This document shows positions 19,933 to 29,600 of a stretch of 64,000 nt of DNA, one piece after another (position 1 is the stretch's first letter; each line of letters starts with the position of its first letter). Both the position numbers and the translations under genes were made by a program. Origin of the DNA: an uncultured Clostridia bacterium (GTDB lineage Bacteria; Bacillota; Clostridia; TANB77; CAG-508); assembly GCA_934133175.1 (NCBI GenBank), contig CAKPAX010000002.1, positions 18,022-82,021 of the forward strand. The letters run 5' to 3'. The notes under the pieces are model-generated. The model saw only the letters and a list, made by a program, of their open reading frames with translations, was not told the DNA's origin and did no database searches.

Positions 19933-20982
19933 TTATTCTTCAGTATCATCTTCGTCTTCCTGTATTTCTTCTCCTAAACTTTGTTCAAAAGCTTTTGCAA
20001 AATTATCTCTAACTTTATTTTCCACTTCTGCCAAAATTTCTGGATTTTCTTTTAAATATTTTTTAACATTTTCTCTACCTTGACCTATTCTATCTCCATT
20101 ATAGCTAAACCAAGATCCACTTTTTTCAATAATATCTAGATTAACAGCCATATCTAATATATTTCCAGCTTTTGAAATTCCTTCTCCATATACTATATCA
20201 AATTCTGCCTCTCTAAATGGTGGAGCAACTTTATTTTTTATAACTTTAACTCTTACTCTATTTCCTTTTACTTCTCCATCTTGTTTTATATTTTCTATTT
20301 TTCTTATATCAAGTCTTACAGATGCATAGAATTTAAGAGCTCTACCACCTGTTGTTGTTTCTGGATTTCCAAACATAACTCCAATTTTTTCTCTTAATTG
20401 GTTTATAAATATAATAACAGTTTTTGATTTGTTAATAGCTCCTGCTAATTTTCTTAAAGCTTGTGACATAAGTCTTGCTTGTAATCCCATATGAGAATCT
20501 CCCATATCTCCATCTATTTCTGCTTTTGGTACTAATGCAGCAACAGAGTCTACTACTATTACATCTAATGCACCACTTCTAACTAATGCTTCTGTTATTT
20601 CTAATGCTTGTTCTCCTGTATCTGGTTGAGATACTATTAAATTATCTATATCTACTCCTAATTTTTTTGCATATACTGGATCCAAAGCATGTTCTGCATC
20701 TATAAACGCTGCTTCTCCACCCATTTTTTGTGCTTCCGCTATTACATGTAAAGCAAGTGTTGTTTTACCAGATGATTCTGGTCCAAATACTTCTATTATT
20801 CTTCCTCTAGGTAATCCTCCTATTCCTAATGCTATATCTAAACTCAATGCTCCAGTAGGTATTGCTTCTACTTCCATTGTTTTAAATTCTCCTAATTTCA
20901 TTACTGAACCTTTTCCAAATTGTTTTTCTATTTGGCTCATTGCCATTTCTAGTGCTTTCATTTTTTCTGTATTTTCTCCCAT
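19933..20982 (-). CDS. recA: Recombinase RecA
   Basis: Walker [10 protein letters not shown] and the full conserved RecA core. AGGAGG RBS 6 nt before the ATG of MGENTEK; the ORF track extends 17 codons further upstream. Confidence 0.95.
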   Translation of the reverse strand: MGENTEKMKALEMAMSQIEKQFGKGSVMKLGEFKTMEVEAIPTGALSLDIALGIGGLPRGRIIEVFGPESSGKTTLALHVIAEAQKMGGEAAFIDAEHALDPVYAKKLGVDIDNLIVSQPDTGEQALEITEALVRSGALDVIVVDSVAALVPKAEIDGDMGDSHMGLQARLMSQALRKLAGAINKSKTVIIFINQLREKIGVMFGNPETTTGGRALKFYASVRLDIRKIENIKQDGEVKGNRVRVKVIKNKVAPPFREAEFDIVYGEGISKAGNILDMAVNLDIIEKSGSWFSYNGDRIGQGRENVKKYLKENPEILAEVENKVRDNFAKAFEQSLGEEIQEDEDDTEE

Positions 20983-21021
20983 GTTTTTTCCTCCTATATT
21001 AAACTTTTGTTTGGTATCTGT

Positions 21022-21049
21022 ATTATATACCAAATTTTTGTTTTGTCAA
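21022..21049 (-). promoter_or_regulatory. recA sigma-A promoter (-35 TTGACA, 16 bp, -10 TATAAT); no Cheo/LexA box seen
   Basis: Reverse complement reads TTGACAaaacaaaaatttggtaTATAAT. Confidence 0.55.
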
Positions 21050-21065
21050 TACTTTTATAAAAAAA

Positions 21066-22646
21066 TTATTTATACCATGATTTTATATTATTATATAAAT
21101 TAAACCAATTTGAATTTATGTTTCCTGTTAAGCTATCACTAAACAATGCCATTGTTTTTCCTGTGCATATACTAATATATGGTATATCATTTTTATATAT
21201 TTCTTCTAATTTTGAAAATTTTTCTTTTAATATTTTTTCATCAGTTATATTATTTAATTCTTCTACTATTTTTTTTGTTTCTTCATTACTATAATTTGCT
21301 AAATTACTTTCTCCAAAAAAAGTTGTTAAATCAGGATTTACAGACATATAAGTTGTACTTAATAACATATCATAACTTTTGTTTTGCAAATAATTATTAT
21401 ATTGCTCTTCATTTGCTTTTATTATATTTATTCTAATACCCTGATTATCTAATTGTGTTCTAATATTTTCAGCAATTAATATTCCATCTGAATTACTTGA
21501 TTTTACTACCAAATTAAATGATAATTTTTGATATTGTCCATCTATATTTTTTTGCCAATATGTATTTTTATAATTCCATCCATTTTCTACTAAAAGCTGT
21601 TTAGCATTATCTGTGTTATATTCATATCCCAATTTTAAATCATTGTATAGCCAACTACCATAATCTAATGGATATGAAACTAAATAAGCTTTATTTGCTA
21701 ACACACCTGAAACTATATTTTGCTTGTCAATTGAAGATGCTATAGCTTGTCTTACTTCTATTTCTGATAAAGCATTATTTTGCATATTAAAAGCAATAAA
21801 TGTGTGTTCTCTATTTTTCATTTCTTTGTAATTATAACCTATTGTTCCTACATAATCTTGAAAATTTGCATTTGATGTACTTATAAAATCTACACTTCCT
21901 AATTTAAATGCATTATAGACTTCTCCCATTGATGAGTATAGATTTATAGAAATTTTCTGTAAAAATAAATTCTCTTTTTTCCACCAATTTAAATTTTGTT
22001 CCAATACAATTATTTTATCTTGTGCGTCAGAGATTTTATACATACCTGTACCAACTATTGTCTTATTTTTTGATGTATTCACAAAATCTTCTCCTTCAAA
22101 ATACTCCTTACTTAATATAGGAAATGTCAAATTATATTCAAAAAATGGTACATTTCTATCTAATTTAATTTTTATTGTATTTTTATCTACAACTTCTACT
22201 CCAGTTACATATTGAACATTATATGAATAAATAGAACTAGTATCTTTTAATCTATCTATAGTAAATCTTACGTCATCTGCTGTAAATTGATTTCCATTTG
22301 ACCATTTAACATCTTCTCTTAATTTTATTATATATGTATTATCCGCTGTTTTCGCCCATTCAGTTGCTAACGCTCCTTCTAATTTAAAATCCTCAGATAT
22401 ATTTATTAGTGGATCAAATATTAATTTTGATATTTCTTGTACATTTCTATTTTTACTAATAATTGGATTTATATTATCTAATTGTGATATTGCTAAATTA
22501 AGTTCTTTAGTTTTTCCTTTATCACTGATTTCTTCTTGATTTATTCCTTTGGTTTCAGTTTTATTGTTACTTATTTTGTATACAGAAAAAGCTATTATGA
22601 TTACTACAAATAACAAAAATATATATTTAAAAAAACTACTTTTCAT
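21066..22646 (-). CDS. Orphan family-5 solute-binding protein (OppA/DppA-like), probable lipoprotein
   Basis: 526 aa with a signal/TM N-terminus and an SBP_bac_5-type core. No adjacent permease or ATPase genes. Confidence 0.7.
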   Translation of the reverse strand: MKSSFFKYIFLLFVVIIIAFSVYKISNNKTETKGINQEEISDKGKTKELNLAISQLDNINPIISKNRNVQEISKLIFDPLINISEDFKLEGALATEWAKTADNTYIIKLREDVKWSNGNQFTADDVRFTIDRLKDTSSIYSYNVQYVTGVEVVDKNTIKIKLDRNVPFFEYNLTFPILSKEYFEGEDFVNTSKNKTIVGTGMYKISDAQDKIIVLEQNLNWWKKENLFLQKISINLYSSMGEVYNAFKLGSVDFISTSNANFQDYVGTIGYNYKEMKNREHTFIAFNMQNNALSEIEVRQAIASSIDKQNIVSGVLANKAYLVSYPLDYGSWLYNDLKLGYEYNTDNAKQLLVENGWNYKNTYWQKNIDGQYQKLSFNLVVKSSNSDGILIAENIRTQLDNQGIRINIIKANEEQYNNYLQNKSYDMLLSTTYMSVNPDLTTFFGESNLANYSNEETKKIVEELNNITDEKILKEKFSKLEEIYKNDIPYISICTGKTMALFSDSLTGNINSNWFNLYNNIKSWYK

Positions 22647-22825
22647 ATTTCACCTCTTTTATCAATTGTAATAATACATTAAACTAATATTTTTTTCAAG
22701 ATTTTTTAGAACAAATCTAAAAAAATCAAAGATTTTTTCAGTAATTTGTTCGTGTATGAAAATTTGTAAAACAAATTTTCTGTGTAGTATAATTTATATA
22801 TTATAAAATATACATAACTTTCTTA

Positions 22826-22876
22826 ATATATAAAAAAGGCAACTACATTAAATTAAAATCTTTAATGTAAATTGCC
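22826..22876 (-). terminator. Rho-independent terminator of spoVS
   Basis: 16-bp imperfect hairpin GGCAACTACATTAAA...TTTAATGTAAATTGCC followed by a T-run on the minus strand. Confidence 0.55.
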
Positions 22877-22895
22877 CCCACATTTTATATAAAAT

Positions 22896-23159
22896 TTACT
22901 TTCTAGATTCCACTATAAGTTTTATACCTGTTCTATCTTCTCCTTCAACTTCTACCTCTGCAAATGCAGGTATACATACTAAATCTACTCCGGCTGGTGC
23001 TACAAATCCTCTTGCTATAGCTACTGCTTTTACTGCTTGATTTAGAGCTCCAGCTCCAATTGCTTGCATTTCTGCTTTTTGTGATTCTTTAACCAAACCT
23101 GCAATAGCTCCTGCTACTGAATTTGGGTTTGATTTTGATGAAATTTTTAAAATTTCCAT
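22896..23159 (-). CDS. spoVS: Stage V sporulation protein S
   Basis: 87 aa; MEILKISSKSNPNSVAGAIAG...GAGALNQAVKAVAIARGF is the SpoVS consensus. Confidence 0.9.
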   Translation of the reverse strand: MEILKISSKSNPNSVAGAIAGLVKESQKAEMQAIGAGALNQAVKAVAIARGFVAPAGVDLVCIPAFAEVEVEGEDRTGIKLIVESRK

Positions 23160-23356
23160 TTTCTTTTGCCTCCTATAATATTAAATTTTAATTGCAACTT
23201 CTTTTTGCATTTTGTATTTTACATTATATGGAAATATATGTCTAGTGTTTTTTGGAAATTTTTTACATTTTTCATCGTACATTTTCACTCATTTTCGACA
23301 AATATCATTTTATATTTTTATTATTTTTTATTATTTCTTTAATTAATACAACTTAT

Positions 23357-24127
23357 TTATACTTTTACTCTTTTAATTTTTACAACCTTATTAGTTTCAT
23401 CATCAATTTCAAAGATACATCCATTAAATATACTAGTTCCACCAGCAATTTTATATCTTTCTGGCAATGTTGTTTCAAATCTTTTTATTGATGCTGATAT
23501 ATCCATACCAATAACCGAATGCTCAGGCCCTGTCATTCCAATATCCGTTATATATCCAGTTCCATTTGGTAATATTTTTTCATCCGCCGTTTGAACATGT
23601 GTATGTGTACCAAACATTGCTGTTATTTTTCCATCTAAATAATAACCCATAGCAATTTTTTCTGCTGTTGCTTCTGCATGAAAATCTATTATTATTATAT
23701 CTGCTTTTTCTTTAATATTAGATATTATTTCTTTGGCTTTTAAAAATGGATTTTCTGATAAAACTCCCATATCTACTCTTCCTATTAAATTTATTACAGC
23801 AATCTTTTTATCTTTACAATTATAAATTGCAAATCCCTTTCCTACAACATCTTTTGGATAATTGGCTGGTCTTATTAATTGAGGATTATCTATAAATTTA
23901 AATATATCTTTCTTACCCCAAGTATGATTTCCCATGGTTATAACATCAGTACCTGCATTTATTAAATCATTAAAATTTTTTTCTGTTATTCCCATACCTT
24001 CTGCTGCATTTTCTCCATTTGTTATTACAAAATCTATATTTTCTTGCTTCTTTAAACCTTTTAATATTTCCTTTACTTTTCTTACCCCTATATCTCCAAC
24101 AATATCTCCAATAGCTAAAATTTTCAA
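23357..24127 (-). CDS. ymdB: YmdB-family metallophosphoesterase (2',3'-cyclic-nucleotide 2'-phosphodiesterase)
   Basis: KILAIGDIVGDIG...NGENAAEGMGIT...GNHTW, downstream of rny as in Bacillus. Confidence 0.8.
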   Translation of the reverse strand: MKILAIGDIVGDIGVRKVKEILKGLKKQENIDFVITNGENAAEGMGITEKNFNDLINAGTDVITMGNHTWGKKDIFKFIDNPQLIRPANYPKDVVGKGFAIYNCKDKKIAVINLIGRVDMGVLSENPFLKAKEIISNIKEKADIIIIDFHAEATAEKIAMGYYLDGKITAMFGTHTHVQTADEKILPNGTGYITDIGMTGPEHSVIGMDISASIKRFETTLPERYKIAGGTSIFNGCIFEIDDETNKVVKIKRVKV

Positions 24128-24280
24128 TTCATTTCCTTCTTCCTTTTTAATTTACATTATCATACTATATATTTTTAATTTAATCAAGCTTGTATTTTTA
24201 TAATACCATGTCAATTTAAATATAATTTATTAATTTTTTTCTATATAAGAAAAAAGATTGTGACTTAAGTCACAATCTTT

Positions 24281-25828
24281 CTATTTTGCATAATCTATTA
24301 CTCTTGATTCTCTAATAACATTTACTTTTATTTGTCCTGGATAATCCATTTCATTTTCTACTTTTTTAGCTACTTCTCTGGCTAGTATAGTCATTTTATC
24401 ATCATTTATTTCGTCTGGTTTTACTATTATTCTTATTTCACGTCCAGCTTGTATTGCAAAAGATTTTTCAACTCCTTCAAAAGAATCTGCTATTTCTTCT
24501 AAGTTTTGTAATCTCTTAATATATGTTTCTAAAGTTTCTCTTCTAGCACCTGGTCTTGAAGCTGATATAGCATCTGCTGCTTGTACTAAAACAGCCTCCA
24601 ATGTTTGTGGTTCAACATCTCCATGGTGTGCTTCAACAGCATTTATTACTATTGGATTTTCTTTATACTTTTTAAGTATATCAACACCTATTTCTACGTG
24701 TGTTCCTTCCATATCATGATCTAATGCCTTTCCAATATCATGTAAAAGCCCAGCTCTTCTAGCTAATTTCGGATCTAATCCTAATTCTTCTGCCATAATT
24801 CTTGCTAAGTTTGATACTTCTATTGAATGATTTAAAACATTTTGTCCATAACTCGTCCTATACTTTAATTTACCAATTAATTTTATAACATCTGGATGTA
24901 AACCATTTACACCTGTTTCTAAAATAGCTCTTTCTCCTTCTGCTTTAATTGTTGCTTCCACTTCTTCTTTTGCTTTTTCTACCATTTCTTCTATTTTTGC
25001 AGGATGAATTCTTCCATCATCTATTAATTTTTCTAACGCAATTTTAGCAACTTCTCTTCTTAATGGATCAAAACCTGATAGAATTACAGCTTCTGGTGTA
25101 TCATCAATTATTAAATCTATTCCTGTAAGTGTTTCTAATGCTTTAATATTTCTACCTTCTCTACCAATAATTCTTCCTTTCATATCATCATTTGGAAGTG
25201 ATACTATTGATACAGTAGTTTCTTGTGAATGATCTGCTGCACATTTTTGAATTGCATATGTAATTAATTCTTTTGCATTTTTGCCAGCATCTTCTTTTGC
25301 TTTTTGATCTAAATCTCTAATAATAGCTGCTTTTTCACTTGTTATTTGTTTTTCAATTTCATCTAACAATCTTTCTTTTGCAGCTTCTTTTGTTAAGCCA
25401 GATATTCTTTGTAATTCTTCCATCTCTTTTTCATACAATGATTCTAATTCTTGACTTCTTGTATCAAGATCTTGTCTTGTTTGTTCTATTTGTCTTTCTT
25501 TTTTCTCAAAATTTTCAGAACGTCTTTCTAAATTTTCTTCTTTCTGAATTACTCTAGCTTCTTGTTTTTGTATTTCGCCTCTTCTTTCTTTAATCTCCTG
25601 ATCTAATTCTTTTCTACTACTCATGATTTCTTCTTTAGCCTTAAAAATTTCTTCTTTTTTCATATTTTCTGCTTCAATTTTAGCTAAATCGATTAATCTT
25701 TTAGCCTCTTGTTCAGCACTTTCTATTTTAGATTCAGCAATCTTTTTTCTTATTGTCATTCCTACTGGTATTCCTATTGCTAGTGAGATTAAGACAGTGG
25801 CAATTATGATTAAAATATTCATAATCAT
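24281..25828 (-). CDS. rny: Ribonuclease Y
   Basis: N-terminal TM segment, coiled coil, KH domain ([15 protein letters not shown]) and HD domain (LLHDIGKA). Confidence 0.9.
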   Translation of the reverse strand: MIMNILIIIATVLISLAIGIPVGMTIRKKIAESKIESAEQEAKRLIDLAKIEAENMKKEEIFKAKEEIMSSRKELDQEIKERRGEIQKQEARVIQKEENLERRSENFEKKERQIEQTRQDLDTRSQELESLYEKEMEELQRISGLTKEAAKERLLDEIEKQITSEKAAIIRDLDQKAKEDAGKNAKELITYAIQKCAADHSQETTVSIVSLPNDDMKGRIIGREGRNIKALETLTGIDLIIDDTPEAVILSGFDPLRREVAKIALEKLIDDGRIHPAKIEEMVEKAKEEVEATIKAEGERAILETGVNGLHPDVIKLIGKLKYRTSYGQNVLNHSIEVSNLARIMAEELGLDPKLARRAGLLHDIGKALDHDMEGTHVEIGVDILKKYKENPIVINAVEAHHGDVEPQTLEAVLVQAADAISASRPGARRETLETYIKRLQNLEEIADSFEGVEKSFAIQAGREIRIIVKPDEINDDKMTILAREVAKKVENEMDYPGQIKVNVIRESRVIDYAK

Positions 25829-26109
25829 ACACCTCTTTCTTATTAAATTTTCAATGTTCGAATAAATATATAAATTTAAAATTATTATTTTAATATATTT
25901 CTTCCTATTCTATTTTATATTTATTATTGTAAACTGTCAAGTATTTATTTAATATGAATTGTATTTTATTCAAATTTATTAACTTTTTCAATAATCTTAT
26001 TTGCAATAATATTTTTATTAAACTACAATACACATATTAAATTTTTAAACACTACCAAAGGAAATGTCATAAAAAACAACATTTCCCTCAGTAGTGTTTA
26101 AAAATCATT

Positions 26110-26481
26110 TCATGCGTTCATACTTTCTTTTGCAACTTTCAGTCTTGTGGCTGCTATTTTCTCTTCTTCTTTACTCAACTCACGACCAAGTTTAGGGCAA
26201 TAAAGTGGCTTGCGAATATTAGTCCATTCGCTAGGTCTCTCAAGAGATTCTTCAATTACTCCACCAACTTCAAGGCATACAGCCTTCATATCTCCATCCC
26301 TGAAATCATCATAAGGATCAGGATCGGGAAGTAATTTAAATGATATACATTGATCACAGTAGTCGTTGCCACCCATACCTTGAGTAGAATACTTTAATGC
26401 TCCGCCACTGTCAATAACAACGACATCAACACCAGCTTTTTCAAGTTCTTTAATTTCCCGCAGATCTTTTTCATTCAACAT
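26110..26481 (-). CDS. Hypothetical 123-aa protein with four Cys (CDQC...C...CP); compositionally foreign at about 40% GC
   Basis: Strong RBS AGGAGGAAAAGTGAATG. GC is 38-42% over 120 nt sampled against about 25% around it. Lies immediately downstream of the giant AAA+ gene. Confidence 0.45.
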   Translation of the reverse strand: MLNEKDLREIKELEKAGVDVVVIDSGGALKYSTQGMGGNDYCDQCISFKLLPDPDPYDDFRDGDMKAVCLEVGGVIEESLERPSEWTNIRKPLYCPKLGRELSKEEEKIAATRLKVAKESMNA

Positions 26482-26656
26482 TCACTTTTCCTCCTTAAAA
26501 TAATAATTTTACAATGTACGCTATATATCAAACTGTAAAACAGGATTAAAAAGAATTTAACATTAGTATTATATCATTTTTTATTATTTTTTTCAAGTTT
26601 TTCAGTATTTTGATTATATATGGTATGTGTCAACTAAATGTAAGCATTTTTTTATT

Positions 26657-29600
26657 CTACTTATTATTCATGATTTCAACAAATTGTTTTTCGTTAATTT
26701 CTTTATTTTTTAATAAATATTCAACTGCTTTTTCCGTTTTTCCTTTATTTTCTGTCAAAATTTTAATTGTTTTCTCATAACATTCTGAAAGAATTTTATT
26801 GGCTTCCTCATATATATATTTATCTATATTTTCTTCATAAGGAAATGTATATAATCCTAATTCTGACATACCATATTTTGTAATCATATTTCTTACCATT
26901 TTAGAAGCATTATTTAAATCAGTATTATTTCCAGACTCATGTTCACCTAAATAAACAATTTCATTACACATTCCACCTAAACAGCGACAAATCTTATTCA
27001 AATACTCTTGTCTACTTAAATTTTTTATTTTTTCATTATATCTAACATATCCCAATACGCCTCTGCCCTCAGCATTAATTGTTATTTTTTCTATTCCAGG
27101 ATTTTTTCCTAATATATAACTAATAGCTGCATGTCCAATTTCATGAATAGCTGTTCTTCTTTGAGATTCTTCATCTATTAAATCAGGATTTATCATATAT
27201 TCTCCTGTATATATATTTTTTATCATGTCTTGAATTGTTGGTATACATTCTTTTGTTATAGTTTTTATATCTCCTTTTTTAGTAGCTAATTTTAGCAATG
27301 TATTTTGTACAACTTTATCAACAAATCTTCCATTTCCTATGTTTTCTACATTACAGAAATACTTCATTAATCTTTTTAAATTTTCCTTTGCATCATCTTC
27401 TATTTGTAAGCCAATATCATGTATTTTTTTATAATATATTTCACAATATTCATCATCTGTATAATCAACAAAATTAAATGTATATCCAACTCTTGATGAA
27501 ATTCCTGGATTTATTTTTAAAAATTCACCCATTTCATTTTTATATCCAGCAAATACTACTACAAATTCACCTTTATGGTCTTCCATTGCTTTAATTAATG
27601 TTGCAATAGCTTCTGATCCAAAATCATATTGAGCATTATGTCCTTGAGCCAAACTATAAGCCTCGTCTATAAATAATACTCCTCCCATTGCTTTTTCAAT
27701 TACTTCTGCTGTTTTTATAGCTGTCTGCCCTACATATCCTGCAACCAAATCTTTTCTTTCTACTTCTATTAATTTATTTTCATGAATAATTCCAATATCA
27801 AATAAAACTTTAGCAATAATTCTTGCTACTGTTGTTTTACCTGTACCAGGATTGCCTGTAAAAATCATATGTAGATTTTGCCTAGGAATTACTAAATTTT
27901 GTTCTTCTGCTTTTTTAAAAAATTTTATATATTTTTCAAATTCAATAATTTTTTCTTTTATTTCTTTTAATCCAATCAAGTTATCAAGCATATCTTTTGC
28001 ATTATATTTAGAATAATTTGTATTATTTAGCTCTTCTATTGTTGGAATATCTTCTATTGTTATCATTTTTATATTTTTAGTTTCCCTTAAAGCATGTTTC
28101 ATAATTACTTCTTGTATCAATTTATCTACAAAACGCCCATTACCAAAATTTTTTTTACTACTATAATACTCAAAAATTTTTGATAAATCTTTATCTACTT
28201 TTGAGTTCATAGAATATCCCATATTATTCATCTTAAGCATAAACATTTGCTTAAGTTCATCCTCAGAGTAATCCTCAAAATTGAATGTATAACCTATTCT
28301 AGAAGAAATTCCCGGATTTATATCTAAAAATGTCTTCATTTCATCTTTATACCCAGCAAAAATAACAACAAAATTATTTTTATGGTCTTCCATTGCTTTA
28401 ATTAATGTTGCAATAGATTCTGATCCATAATCATTTTGAGAATTATGCCCTTGAGCCAAACTATAAGCCTCATCTATAAATAATACTCCTCCCATTGCTT
28501 TCTCAATTACTTCTGCCGTTTTTATAGCTGTCTGCCCTACATATCCTGCAACCAAATCTTTTCTTTCTACTTCTATTAATTTATTTTCATGAATAATTCC
28601 AATATCAAATAAAACTTTAGCAATAATTCTTGCTACTGTTGTTTTACCTGTACCAGGATTGCCTGTAAAAATCATATGTAGATTTTGCCTAGGAATTACT
28701 AAATTTTGTTCTTCTGCTTTTTTAAAAAATTTTATATATTTTTCAAATTCAATAATTTTTTCTTTTATTTCTTTTAATCCAATCAAGTTATCAAGCATAT
28801 CTTTTGCATTATATTTAGAATAATTTGTATTATTTAGCTCTTCTATTGTTGGAATATCTTCTATTGTTATCATTTTTATATTTTTAGTTTCCCTTAAAGC
28901 ATGTTTCATAATTACTTCTTGTATCAATTTATCTACAAAACGCCCATTACCAAAATTTTTTTTACTACTATAATACTCAAAAATTTTTGATAAATCTTTA
29001 TCTACTTTTGAGTTCATAGAATATCCCATATTATTCATCTTAAGCATAAACATTTGCTTAAGTTCATCCTCAGAGTAATCCTCAAAATTGAATGTATAAC
29101 CTATTCTAGAAGAAATTCCCGGATTTATATCTAAAAATGTCTTCATTTCATCTTTATACCCAGCAAAAATAACAACAAAATTATTTTTATGGTCTTCCAT
29201 TGCTTTAATTAATGTTGCAATAGATTCTGATCCATAATCATTTTGAGAATTATGCCCTTGAGCCAAACTATAAGCCTCATCTATAAATAATACTCCTCCC
29301 ATTGCTTTCTCAATTACTTCTGCCGTTTTTGGTGCTGTTTGTCCTATATATTCTGCAACTAGATCTTTTCTTTCTACTTCCACTAATTTATTTTCATAAA
29401 CCAATCCTAAATCATATAACATTTTTGCCATTATTCTTGCTACAGTTGTCTTTCCTGTACCAGGATTACCTGTAAAGATCATATGTAAATTAGATTCTGT
29501 AGTTTTTAATCCTAAGTTTTGGGCTTTTAATGTATATAATGCATATTTTTCAAATTTTTTTATATTATCTTTAACAGAATTTAATCCTATTATATTTTTT

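Noticed and set aside
20983-21065. LexA/Cheo box upstream of recA
   Set aside because: No CGAAC-N4-GTTCG or GAAC-N4-GTTC dyad is present; only a plain sigma-A promoter is seen.
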